Below the pieces are notes generated by a model, which saw only the letters and a list, made by a program, of their open reading frames with translations, was not told where the DNA came from and made no database searches. A stretch of 64,000 nt of DNA from Longimicrobiales bacterium (lineage in GTDB: Bacteria; Gemmatimonadota; Gemmatimonadetes; Longimicrobiales; Gaopeijiaceae): assembly GCA_965248195.1 (NCBI GenBank), contig CBDFIQ010000002.1, forward strand, positions 3,104,001 to 3,168,000, given 5' to 3'. The first letter of the stretch is position 1. Each line of letters starts with the position of its first letter. Position numbers and translations under genes: made by a program. Of the stretch, positions 9,878 to 19,143 are shown one piece after another.

Positions 9878-10696
9878 ATGCCGATTTTCATGGATCGCCA
9901 CGACACTCTTGACACTACTGCGGGGGCCTTCGCCACGGCACATCAAGAAGAACTAAAGGTCCAGTCGGAGCATGGGTGCAACATGCTTACCTATTGGCTC
10001 GACGAGAATCGACAAACGGCTTTCTGCCTTGTTGAAGCTCCGACGGCAGAAGCAGTTCAGAAGATGCATTGCGAAACTCATGGGCTCGTTCCGAACGAGA
10101 TCATCGAAGTGGATCCGTCGGCGGTCGCTGGATTCCTCGGAAGAGTGACCGATCCTAAGAGCGCGGCGACCGAGCCGATCCGAGAACCCGGCTTCAGGGT
10201 CATCATGTTCACCGATATGGCGGACTCCGCAGGTATAACGATGGCCCTGGGGGACGATGCCGCATTTGCCGTCATGCAGAAACATCAAGAGATCATTCGC
10301 CGCGCCCTGCTGGCGCACGACGGCCGCGAGGTGGATCGTGCCGGAGACGGCTTTCTCACATGCTTTGCCTCCGTGTCGCGAGCGGTGAATTGCGCGGTTA
10401 CCATTCAGAGTGAGTTCGACCGCGACAACCGTGCCGAGGCCGGACCCGTCGGCATCATGGTGCGCATCGGCATGGGTGCCGGAGAACCCGTCACCGACGG
10501 AGAAGCGTTATTCGGCTCGACCGTCAATCTCACGGCCAGGATTTGTGCGCACGCCGAGCCAGGCCAGATTCTCGTATCCCACGTGATTCGCGAGCTTTGT
10601 TTGGGGAAGGGCTTTGTCTTCGAACCCTTGGGCAAACTCACGTTGAAAGGGTTTCCGGACCCCGTCGAGGTGGATGCGGTCGAGTGGGCAGCATAG
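9878..10696 (+). CDS. DUF4242 (SCO4226-like metal-binding) domain fused to class III nucleotide cyclase
   Basis: MPIFMDRH...AH...YW-DE...FCL-EAP-EAV--H---HG...IIEV, then IMFTD, GDG, VRIG, FG-TVN-ARI. Confidence 0.85.
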   Translation: MPIFMDRHDTLDTTAGAFATAHQEELKVQSEHGCNMLTYWLDENRQTAFCLVEAPTAEAVQKMHCETHGLVPNEIIEVDPSAVAGFLGRVTDPKSAATEPIREPGFRVIMFTDMADSAGITMALGDDAAFAVMQKHQEIIRRALLAHDGREVDRAGDGFLTCFASVSRAVNCAVTIQSEFDRDNRAEAGPVGIMVRIGMGAGEPVTDGEALFGSTVNLTARICAHAEPGQILVSHVIRELCLGKGFVFEPLGKLTLKGFPDPVEVDAVEWAA

Positions 10697-10733
10697 CAGT
10701 GATCAACCAAAGGGCTTGAGTTGAGGGTCGTCT

Positions 10734-10761
10734 TCTCCTGACAAGGTGGCCGCTCAGGTAG
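10734..10761 (+). repeat. 28-bp perfect direct repeat of the last 28 bp of the P460 gene (9808-9835)
   Basis: TCTCCTGACAAGGTGGCCGCTCAGGTAG occurs at both positions. Confidence 0.95.
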
Positions 10762-10816
10762 AAATTGTGGATCAACCTCGCGTCAGTTCTGATAACATCC
10801 GGAGCGGAGGGCTGAA

Positions 10817-11041
10817 ATGTCCGATGTAGCTACAACACCCGAGGCACCAGCTGCGTACGACTACTCGTCGCACGTAACTCTGGAGTGTCCGAAGTGCGGG
10901 CGCAGGGGTTCCTTCCCCTTCTCAAAAACGCACAAGAGTGCCGTAGAGTATGCCGGGGTCTGCGAGGCAGTGTTCGACGCGGGCCAGTGGTGTGGCACCG
11001 TACTCAACGTTCAGGTCACGACCCACGTTTTTCCGGCCTGA
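10817..11041 (+). CDS. Small Cys-containing hypothetical protein (possible zinc ribbon)
   Basis: GGAGG RBS; CPKC...C-x9-C pattern. Confidence 0.65.
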   Translation: MSDVATTPEAPAAYDYSSHVTLECPKCGRRGSFPFSKTHKSAVEYAGVCEAVFDAGQWCGTVLNVQVTTHVFPA

Positions 11042-11080
11042 TCATGGTGTGCCAACGGGGAAGTCACTGGAGCACGCGGC

Positions 11081-11707
11081 GTGCCGAAGATTAACCCCAT
11101 CGAACGGGTTGCTCGGCTCCGAAGAGCAAAACCCACGAGGAAGCGCGAGCTCGAAGACCGACTCCCCGAAGGGCAGTTCGTCACCGAGAAGTTTCCCGTA
11201 CTCACCTATGGTGCGGTGCCAAAGATCGATCTCGATACGTGGCGGCTCCGGGTCACGGGGCTCGTAGAGGAAGAATTCGAGCTCGACTGGAAGGAATTCA
11301 CGTCGCTGCCCACCACTCGTGTCGAGGCGGACATCCACTGCGTTACACGTTGGACCAAGCTGGACACGGTGTGGGAAGGAGTGGCAGTGCGAGATCTCGC
11401 CCTCCGGGCAAAGCCTCGCTCCGCAGCGCGATTCGTCATGCAGCACAGCTACGGCGGATATACGACGAATCTACCGTTGCACGAAATCGTGGATGAAGAC
11501 GTGCTGCTCGCCTATCGGTTCGGCGGTGACCCGCTCGCGGAGGAACATGGCGGTCCGGTGCGGGCCGTAGTTCCCAAGCTGTACTTCTGGAAAAGTGCGA
11601 AGTGGGTGAACGAGCTCGAGTTCTTAGCCGAGGATTCACCAGGGTTTTGGGAAGGTTACGGATACCACAACCACGGTGATCCCTGGAAGGAGGAGCGCTT
11701 CTCCTGA
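11081..11707 (+). CDS. Sulfite oxidase-like molybdopterin oxidoreductase (YuiH-like)
   Basis: RLPEGQ, DIHCVTRW, YTTNLPL, HGGPVR, YFWKSAKW, GFWE--GYH--GDPW-EERF. Confidence 0.9.
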   Translation: MPKINPIERVARLRRAKPTRKRELEDRLPEGQFVTEKFPVLTYGAVPKIDLDTWRLRVTGLVEEEFELDWKEFTSLPTTRVEADIHCVTRWTKLDTVWEGVAVRDLALRAKPRSAARFVMQHSYGGYTTNLPLHEIVDEDVLLAYRFGGDPLAEEHGGPVRAVVPKLYFWKSAKWVNELEFLAEDSPGFWEGYGYHNHGDPWKEERFS

Positions 11708-11761
11708 TGTGACCTGCAGCCGGTGGTACGGGCTCTGCGTCGCATCAGGAATTGGGCCCAT

Positions 11762-12403
11762 CTAGGGGTACAAAGACCTGAATGCGTCCCTATCTGCGGC
11801 GGAGAACGGCGAGGCATGCCGGATGTCATCCCAGACCTCGAGCTGCTCGCGAAAGCGCATGAAATAGGCGACGAAGTCACCACCATATTGGAACGAGTAC
11901 ATGATGTCCGCGAAAGCACTGGTATGGGGGAGCCCAAACGCATGGCCTAGCTCATGAACACAGGTCAGATAAACGATCGTATCCCTGAAGAGCGGATCCA
12001 GCCTCGCCCTTTGCGCGATGTTCGGCCCAAGACCGTCGGTATCTGGGCGCACGAACACGTCGGCAGCGAGCCGCCCCTCCACCAGTCGCCCTCGCATCTC
12101 ACCGTATAGACCCGCGCCCGCGGGCACCCAATAGACGCGAATGGTTGCGGACGCTTCAGGGCCCGGCACCATGTCCACGGGGGGATCGGCCTGCCTGCCC
12201 CATGCCTCGAGCGCCCATTCGGCCAGGGTATGGTCTCCCTCCTTGAATCCCGATTCGGCGGAGCCTTCCGCAATGAAGTACGTCATGGACTCTGAACGGT
12301 CCAACCGCCAGACGCGCTGCTGGGAATAGGCCGCGAGCGGAGCGTTGAGGATCACGGCCGCGATCGTAAACGTCCCAAACCAGAGAATGCGCAGTCTCGC
12401 CAT
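11762..12403 (-). CDS. Secreted matrixin-like (metzincin) metalloprotease
   Basis: HELGHAFGLPH plus Met-turn DIMY; signal peptide from ATG 12403. Confidence 0.82.
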   Translation of the reverse strand: MARLRILWFGTFTIAAVILNAPLAAYSQQRVWRLDRSESMTYFIAEGSAESGFKEGDHTLAEWALEAWGRQADPPVDMVPGPEASATIRVYWVPAGAGLYGEMRGRLVEGRLAADVFVRPDTDGLGPNIAQRARLDPLFRDTIVYLTCVHELGHAFGLPHTSAFADIMYSFQYGGDFVAYFMRFREQLEVWDDIRHASPFSAADRDAFRSLYP

Positions 12404-12525
12404 AACCCCCGAACGTCCGTCACTCTGCCTGCCACCGCAAGCGGGGTCGTCGAATCTTCCCACGGGCCCTAGGTTAGCGGGACCGAACCATCGCTTCGAG
12501 ATCCCAAACGATCGGAGAACGACCC

Positions 12526-13827
12526 TTGAGAGCACGCACCGGTACCGTCGCCTTCGTGGCCATCCTGGCGGTTCTTCCTGCGTCATCCGCGACGGCACAG
12601 ACCATCGAGCCCGAATACCTGGAGGAGATGGAGGCCCTGGCCGCTGAGCAGGCGGTGATGAACGCGCTGAGCCGGGTGGAGGACCTCGACCCGTGGGGCA
12701 TGGACCTCCTCGTCGAGCTCACCGAGATCCCGGCACCGCCTTTCATGGAGGAGGTACGCGCCGCCCGTTTCGCCGAACTCCTCCAGGAGGCGGGAGCCGA
12801 CAGCGTATGGATCGACGCCGAGGGGAACGTGCTCGGGTTGAGGCGTGGACGGGGCGGGGAACGGACGGTTGCATTTGGCGCCCACCTGGACACGGTCTTC
12901 CCGGAGGGAACAGACGTCACGGTACGCATGCGGGGTGATACGCTCTACGCGCCGGGCGTGGGTGACGACACGAGGGGCCTCATCGTCGTCCTCACCGTCC
13001 TGAGAGCGATGGAGGAGGCCAACGTCGAAACGTCCGACGACGTGCTCTTCATCGGCACCGTGGGAGAGGAGGGTCTGGGCGACCTCCGCGGCATGAAGCA
13101 CCTCTTCAGGGATGGGGCCGACCCGATCGACGCGTGGATCTCGATCGATGGTGGCGGTCTGACCCGCCTGATCACCCAGGGACTGGGCTCCGTTCGGTAT
13201 CGAGTCACCTTCGCCGGACCTGGTGGTCATTCGTGGGGTGCTTTCGGCATGGCCAATCCGGCGCACGCCTTGAGCCGGGCGGTCCGCCTCTTCCAGGACG
13301 CGGCAGACGCGCTGACGCGCACCGGACCCCGGACGAGCTACAACGTGGGGAGGATCGGAGGAGGAACGTCGGTCAACTCCATCCCGTTCGACTCGTGGAT
13401 GGAAGTCGACATGCGGTCGGTGAGTCCCGAGAGCTTGATGCGTATCGAGCAGGCCTTCATCGACGCGATGAACCGGGGCTTGGAGGGCGAGAATGGCTTG
13501 CGCCGGGAGGGCCCGGCGCTCGAGGTGGAGTTGGACCGGATCGGAGACCGGCCCTCCGGCGAGCTACCCCCGTCCACTCCCGTGATCCAACGTGCCCTCG
13601 CCGCCACGGCCCAGTTCGGCGTCTCCGGCACGCTGGGCCGCTCCTCCACCAACTCCAACCTCCCCATCGCTCTAGGCATTCCGGCCGTAACGCTGGGCCG
13701 AGGCGGTAGGGGTGGAGAGGGCCACGCCCCAGGCGAATGGTGGATCAACGAGGACGGCCATCTGGCCATTCAACGCGCGCTGTTGGTGGTAGCTGCGGAA
13801 GCGGGGCTGGTCGGCATCATCCCTTGA
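12526..13827 (+). CDS. Exported M20/M25/M40 metallo-hydrolase
   Basis: AHLDTVFP, GDD, VGEEG, GGHSW, late His (GHAPGEW); signal peptide. Confidence 0.9.
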   Translation: MRARTGTVAFVAILAVLPASSATAQTIEPEYLEEMEALAAEQAVMNALSRVEDLDPWGMDLLVELTEIPAPPFMEEVRAARFAELLQEAGADSVWIDAEGNVLGLRRGRGGERTVAFGAHLDTVFPEGTDVTVRMRGDTLYAPGVGDDTRGLIVVLTVLRAMEEANVETSDDVLFIGTVGEEGLGDLRGMKHLFRDGADPIDAWISIDGGGLTRLITQGLGSVRYRVTFAGPGGHSWGAFGMANPAHALSRAVRLFQDAADALTRTGPRTSYNVGRIGGGTSVNSIPFDSWMEVDMRSVSPESLMRIEQAFIDAMNRGLEGENGLRREGPALEVELDRIGDRPSGELPPSTPVIQRALAATAQFGVSGTLGRSSTNSNLPIALGIPAVTLGRGGRGGEGHAPGEWWINEDGHLAIQRALLVVAAEAGLVGIIP

Positions 13828-13879
13828 CGGCCGTCCGACCACTCGCCGCCGTCGGCGGGCCCCCTAACGGCGAAGGACT

Positions 13880-15448
13880 CTAACGGCGAAGGACCCTCCC
13901 GGCCCGCACGTCGCTGAAGACCCCGTCGTCCACGGCCACGAGTCCGTTGATGATCACGAAGTCGATGCCATCCGGATATTGGTGCGGATCCTGAAAGGTC
14001 GACCGGTCGACCACCGTCTCGGGGTCGAAGACGACGATGTCCCCGATCATGCCCTCCGAAAGAACTCCGCGCTCCGACATTCCCATGTGATCGGCCGGGA
14101 GTGAAGTCATCTTGCGCACCGCGTCTTCGAGCGTGAGCACACCCCTCTCGCGCACGTACTCGCCGAGGACGCGTGGAAAGGTCCCGTACCATCGAGGATG
14201 TGGCTGTCCCTCACCGGGCTGTACGAGTCGCCCATCGGACGCGATCGCGGTCATGGGGTGTCGCATGATCGACTCGACATCGGCCTCATCCATCACGTGG
14301 TAGATCGCGCTGGCGCCGCCCCGGCGTATCGCGTCGATCACCAGCTCCGCGCCGGTCTCCATGGTAGGCGGCAGTCCACGCATCTCCGCCCAGTCACGGA
14401 GCGTCTGGCCCTCCAACTCGGGCATCCACGGCACGAGCGCGAACTGGACCCGTGAGAGGTCGTTGCCGCCCCGATCGTTGACGAGGATGAAGACGATCCC
14501 GTCCACGATGCTGTCACGGAGCATCGGGTGTTCGAGGCGCTCCAAGAACGCCTCGTCGCCGCCGGCCCTCGCCCAGGGCGGCACCAGGATCCCGATTCCC
14601 GAGTATGACGCCGTGTAGGGATACTGGTCGATACGGATCTTTCGACCGGCAGCGTTGGCGGAATCCACCATAGCGAGCGTGCGGTCCGAGGAGCCCCACA
14701 TCGGTTGACCGACGACCTTGTGGTGCGTGAGCACGATCGGCAGGTCTGCGCGGCGCCCGATCTCGATCGCTTCGGCGACACCGGCGATTAGCTCGAGCCC
14801 TTCCTCACGCAAATGGGAGGTGTAGACACCGCCCGCCTCGCCCGCGACCTCGGCCAGCGCCACCACTTCATCGACGTCGGAGAAGGCGCCGGGTAGATAC
14901 CTCAGGCCGGTCGACAATCCCCAAGCGCCCTCGGCCATCGCCTGCCGCACCATCTCCTGCATTTCAGCCAGCTCATCCGAAGTCGGAGGTCGGTCCTCCA
15001 TTTCCATGACTCGCCGCCGAATGGTGTTGTGTCCCACGAGCATCGCCACATTGATCCCCACGCCGATCGTTGCAGCGGAATCCAGATAAGCCCCCATCGG
15101 CCAGGGTGCGCTACCGTCGGGGCCACCCACGACGGTCGTCACCCCCTGTCGTGCCTTGCTTTCACCCTCGGGAAGGCGGAGCAGCGGATCGAGGTGCGAA
15201 TGGATGTCGATGAAGCCCGGCGCCACGATCTTGCCGGTCACGTCGATCACACGTACCGCGCCGGCACGCTCGACGCCCCTCCGCGAGACGGCCACGATGC
15301 GGTCCCCGCGGATGGCCACGTCGGCTCTGAATCGATCCGAGCCCGTGCCGTCGATGACCGTTCCGCCAACGAGGACGACATCGTACTGTGGCGGATCGCA
15401 GGCGCAAACGGCCACGGCCACCCAAGCCAGGAGGTATCGTATCCGCAT
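13880..15448 (-). CDS. D-aminoacylase / N-acyl-D-amino-acid deacylase (lipoprotein)
   Basis: PGFIDIHSH, GLSTGL-Y-PG, SHLREE, HHK, DQYPY, SDG, HPR-YGTFPR. Confidence 0.9.
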   Translation of the reverse strand: MRIRYLLAWVAVAVCACDPPQYDVVLVGGTVIDGTGSDRFRADVAIRGDRIVAVSRRGVERAGAVRVIDVTGKIVAPGFIDIHSHLDPLLRLPEGESKARQGVTTVVGGPDGSAPWPMGAYLDSAATIGVGINVAMLVGHNTIRRRVMEMEDRPPTSDELAEMQEMVRQAMAEGAWGLSTGLRYLPGAFSDVDEVVALAEVAGEAGGVYTSHLREEGLELIAGVAEAIEIGRRADLPIVLTHHKVVGQPMWGSSDRTLAMVDSANAAGRKIRIDQYPYTASYSGIGILVPPWARAGGDEAFLERLEHPMLRDSIVDGIVFILVNDRGGNDLSRVQFALVPWMPELEGQTLRDWAEMRGLPPTMETGAELVIDAIRRGGASAIYHVMDEADVESIMRHPMTAIASDGRLVQPGEGQPHPRWYGTFPRVLGEYVRERGVLTLEDAVRKMTSLPADHMGMSERGVLSEGMIGDIVVFDPETVVDRSTFQDPHQYPDGIDFVIINGLVAVDDGVFSDVRAGRVLRR

Positions 15449-15516
15449 CGGGCTGAGCTCCTTGATTATCGGTTCTCGAGTGGGGCCTCGGGATCGGGCA
15501 CGAGCCCGTTCTCCGG

Positions 15517-16122
15517 TCAGCGAGCCGGATACTTCTCCCGGACGCCGGTGGCCAGGAACTCATCGCGGGAGTTGATCCCGATGTCGTTCCCCAGATAGTC
15601 CTCGTCACCCACCTCCTCCATCCAGTACGTCCCGGTGGGCTGTACGGAAACCTGTAACCAATGGCCATGACTGTCGGGGGATGCCCCGTGCCAGTGCTCC
15701 ATCCAAGGAGTGGCGTAGGACATCTCGCCCCGTTGCAGGATACGAACCCTTTCTCCGCGGTTCTGGGTACGGCCCTCGCCCTCCCACATTACGAGGATCT
15801 GGCCGCCACGGTGGCAGTGCCAGTAGGAGCGGTCACCCGCCGCCCAGTCGGCACCTCCCCACGGTTCCCCGTTGATGTGCACAACCTGGCTTCCGTCCCT
15901 GTATTCTCCGTTCTCCGTCGTCGCGCTACGGTATTCGCCCGTGGCCTGGACTCCCATCCTCTCACCTGGACATCCAGGGGCCTCCTGCGCCGCCAGGGCA
16001 TGCGCGGGTGGCTGGGCGAATCCAAACTCCCTGTTGGAAGTCACGATCACGACCACTACTGTGAACACGGAAAACCAGAGCATGAACGACGCCAACTTGC
16101 GAATCCGTAGCGTGATCGCCAT
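15517..16122 (-). CDS. Cupin domain protein with N-terminal TM/signal
   Basis: WHCHRGGQIL...G-G...EHWHGASP...W-EEV; GGAGG RBS before ATG 16122. Confidence 0.8.
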   Translation of the reverse strand: MAITLRIRKLASFMLWFSVFTVVVVIVTSNREFGFAQPPAHALAAQEAPGCPGERMGVQATGEYRSATTENGEYRDGSQVVHINGEPWGGADWAAGDRSYWHCHRGGQILVMWEGEGRTQNRGERVRILQRGEMSYATPWMEHWHGASPDSHGHWLQVSVQPTGTYWMEEVGDEDYLGNDIGINSRDEFLATGVREKYPAR

Positions 16123-16277
16123 TTCGCTTCCTCCCAAGTCAGGAATCAACACCGGGCTAGCGTCTCGGGCCAGGCAGAAACTTCGGCCGCCTCTTCCGGC
16201 ACGACGCACATGGGGCCGTGCAACCGTCTCCGTCAAGGACCCGTGACACCAAGGTACGGCTGAGCGACGGCGACGCC

Positions 16278-17216
16278 TCAGTCGTCTTCCCAGCTAGACC
16301 GGTCGGAGAGATGGAGATCCGCGGCCTCGACTCTGAGGGTGAGGTCTTGGGACACCTCCAGAGCCCTGGCGGGCGCTTCGTACCCGACCTTCCAGATCAA
16401 CAGTTCATAGGAGCCTCCAGCCACTGCCAGGATCGCGCGCCCGGACTCGTCGGTAGAGGCTCGATACGCCCCGAGGCTCACTTCGGCGTTCGGGACGGGG
16501 ACGCTCGACTCCCGCTCGACTACCTCGACGGTGAGCCGGTGCTCGGGTGGTTTGGTGGTCGCGAAACCGAACCGGGCAGATGCTTCTCGGTGGGGGAGCT
16601 CCAGATCCGCTTCCGAAAAAGCTACCGACCACGAAACCACCCCCTCCCCTACCGGAGCAACCAACTCCACTTCGGCCCAGTATAGGCCGTCCGACCCGGG
16701 CCAGAACGCATCCCCGAACTCCGCGGTCCCGAGTCTGTCGCCCAATCCGTCGCGGACCTCGATTCTCCGGCCCTGCAGATCGCACTCCTCCGCGCATTTG
16801 GCCCCTATCTTGACCATGAAGGGCTCACCCATCACCACGGGTGAAGGCACGTCCCAGATCGCGAGGCTGGTTCTGTGGGCTTCGGTCCTGAAGGGCACGG
16901 CAAGAGAAGTCCCGGCATGCGCGGGGGGCTCACCCGCCTGAGGTTCACTCGCCTGAGGTCGAAACCGCACACTCCACTCGTGATCGCCGACTTCCGGAGG
17001 AGCCCTGAGCATGAACTCGCCCGTCTCGTTGATCCCTTGGTCGAACGAAACGAGTTCGCTCGTCATGACCGGACCCTCGGGAGTCGTCACCGCGACTTCC
17101 GTGCCGCGCAGGTCACACCCGGAGGGACACGTGACCCGGACCTGGAAGGTCAGCTCGGCACCGGCCGCCACCTCCGACGGAAACCACCGACTGACTTCGA
17201 GGTGGGGCTCATGCAC
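16278..17216 (-). CDS. Hypothetical protein: two Ig-like repeats with C-x3-CDL motif plus carboxypeptidase-regulatory-like domain
   Basis: VTCPSGCDLRG and AKCAEECDLQG repeats; C-terminal PVPNAEV...TDESG...GSYEL---KVGY. Confidence 0.65.
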   Translation of the reverse strand: MHEPHLEVSRWFPSEVAAGAELTFQVRVTCPSGCDLRGTEVAVTTPEGPVMTSELVSFDQGINETGEFMLRAPPEVGDHEWSVRFRPQASEPQAGEPPAHAGTSLAVPFRTEAHRTSLAIWDVPSPVVMGEPFMVKIGAKCAEECDLQGRRIEVRDGLGDRLGTAEFGDAFWPGSDGLYWAEVELVAPVGEGVVSWSVAFSEADLELPHREASARFGFATTKPPEHRLTVEVVERESSVPVPNAEVSLGAYRASTDESGRAILAVAGGSYELLIWKVGYEAPARALEVSQDLTLRVEAADLHLSDRSSWEDD

Positions 17217-17233
17217 CGAATGCCTACCCGGTT

Positions 17234-18910
17234 TCAGCCCTCCCGCCCGTTCCGAGCCGCATCCATGCCCGCAATGCGCCCATAGACGAATGCCCTCCCC
17301 AGCCCATGCTGGCCGAAGCCGCCCGAGGACTCACCAGCGACGTAGAGGCCCGGAATGACCTCGCCCTGCGTATCCAGCACTTGAGCCCTCGTATTCATAC
17401 GGATACCCGCGTAGGTGTCGTGTACGCAGGGGGTGTCCCACGCCGCGTAGAACGGCGGGCGCTGTATCTTGTATAGAGGCCTCGGCTTCTGGAAATCTTC
17501 ATCGACCCCCGAGTCGACGAAGGAGTTGTACCTCTCGACGGTCTCCCGCAGGACCTCACCGGGCATGGGACGCCACTGGTATTTGCTCTTGATGCTGGAA
17601 GCCAGTTGCTCGAGGGTATCGGCTGTGAAGAAGTAGCCGTCCGGGTCCACGTAGGGCGGCTTGACATTCCACCCCTCCCGCTCGACGCCGTCGGCGTCGA
17701 AGATGGCCCAGATCGGTCCTCCTCCGTTCAATTTGTTGGGATCGCCGGTCCACTGCATCGCTGCGAAGAAATACTGGTAGTCCCTGATCCCGGCAGTCTC
17801 GTCATAGAACCTCCGACCGGTCTCCTTGACGAGAATCAAATTCTGCCAGTCCCTCACCCGCAGGCCGGTGGCCTTCTCGCGAAAAAAGTTCGGAGCATCG
17901 GGGGTAAAGGCGAGGCCGTGGTAATTGGACCTCGTCGCCAGCCGTCCCTTGGAGAGCTGGCCATCCGATTCGTTCGTTTGGTTGGCGGTACCCCACAGCG
18001 ATGCCCCGATCGCCATGGCAGCCAGCTCTCCGTCGGCATTCTGTGGCGTCCAGCCGTCGCCGTGTACCTGGTATTCCTCGGTAAGCCTTGGATCGAACAT
18101 TCTGCGAAAGTTGACGTTGCTCGAATGCCCGCCCGTCGCAAAGATCACGCCATTCCTTGCCTCGATCGCGACGGTCCGGCCCGTGGGCTCGTACCACTCG
18201 TCGACCTCCATGGCCGTGACGCCGAGGACCCTACCCGAAGTGGGGCCCTCTCGCACGAAGCTCGTCATTCTGTGGCTCAGCAGGATTTCCACCCCCTTCG
18301 CGCGCGCACTCCGCTCCAGCGGCCTCATCAGGCCGGAGCCCCTCTGCGTGGGCACGATGACCTCACTTTCGATCGGCCACTGACGGGGGGAAGGTCGTCT
18401 CGGGACGGAATCAAGACGGCTCGCCGACCCCAACGGCAGCCAATCCACTCCGTTCTCGGTCAGGAAGTCGAAGGTCGCGATGCAATTGTCCACATAGGTA
18501 CGAACGATCTCCCGATCGTTGTAGCGGTTCATCGGATGGTCCTGCAACGTCCAGTCGTAGAAAACGGCCTCGGGCGAATCCTCGATACCTGCCTCCTTCT
18601 GAAGCCAAGTCCCGCCGCCGAGGTAGCAGGCTCCACCGCTCAGGATCGCTCGTCCACCGATGTCGAAGTTCTGTTCTACCAGCATGACAGACACGCCCTG
18701 ATCCCGCGCGGCGAGAGCCGCAGCGAACCCGCCCGCCCCTGCCCCGATGACGACCACGTCTGCCTGTCGGTCCCACTCTATCGCTTGCGCCTGCCCCGTA
18801 CGTGTCAAAAACGGGCTCTCACCGACACCGACAGCCGCCGCGGTACCCACCACCGCACTGTTCTTGACGAATTCTCTCCTGCTCTGAGCTTTCGGTGTCT
18901 TCTCACCCAT
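17234..18910 (-). CDS. Tat-exported FAD-dependent oxidoreductase (flavocytochrome c / 3-ketosteroid dehydrogenase-like)
   Basis: SRREFVK Tat motif; DVVVIGAGAGG; ATGG; IPGLYVAGE; GRIAG. Confidence 0.88.
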   Translation of the reverse strand: MGEKTPKAQSRREFVKNSAVVGTAAAVGVGESPFLTRTGQAQAIEWDRQADVVVIGAGAGGFAAALAARDQGVSVMLVEQNFDIGGRAILSGGACYLGGGTWLQKEAGIEDSPEAVFYDWTLQDHPMNRYNDREIVRTYVDNCIATFDFLTENGVDWLPLGSASRLDSVPRRPSPRQWPIESEVIVPTQRGSGLMRPLERSARAKGVEILLSHRMTSFVREGPTSGRVLGVTAMEVDEWYEPTGRTVAIEARNGVIFATGGHSSNVNFRRMFDPRLTEEYQVHGDGWTPQNADGELAAMAIGASLWGTANQTNESDGQLSKGRLATRSNYHGLAFTPDAPNFFREKATGLRVRDWQNLILVKETGRRFYDETAGIRDYQYFFAAMQWTGDPNKLNGGGPIWAIFDADGVEREGWNVKPPYVDPDGYFFTADTLEQLASSIKSKYQWRPMPGEVLRETVERYNSFVDSGVDEDFQKPRPLYKIQRPPFYAAWDTPCVHDTYAGIRMNTRAQVLDTQGEVIPGLYVAGESSGGFGQHGLGRAFVYGRIAGMDAARNGREG

Positions 18911-19047
18911 GTCTCTTTCCTCGCTTCAGGTTTTCAGGGAGTCTTCGTTCTTCCTCGTGCGCGCCTTACTGACCGTCTTCAACCGACGCCGACCGCAGAT
19001 CGGCTCAACGTGCTCTGAAGTGCGGTGGCTGGCAACTTCCGCGTCCG

Positions 19048-19094
19048 AAAAAAAGAGCGCCCGGGCGCGGTGTGATCCGCGCCCGGGCACTCTC
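19048..19094 (-). terminator. Rho-independent terminator after the copper monooxygenase gene
   Basis: Minus strand GAGTGCCCGGGCGCGG-loop-CCGCGCCCGGGCGCTC followed by T7. Confidence 0.8.
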
Positions 19095-19143
19095 TTCGGT
19101 GACTTCTTTCCGTTACAGGCGGCCGGCCGCCGGTCTCGCGGCG

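Noticed and set aside
9878..10696. Pycsar-type anti-phage cyclase
   Set aside because: No adjacent TIR or TM effector with a cyclic-nucleotide-binding domain; the N-terminal DUF4242 points to signalling.
17606..19018. Long antisense ORFs (also 20393-21508, 31660-32547, 42790-43821, 52619-53932, 58504-59676)
   Set aside because: They shadow well-supported genes on the opposite strand, as expected in high-GC DNA, and show no family motifs.
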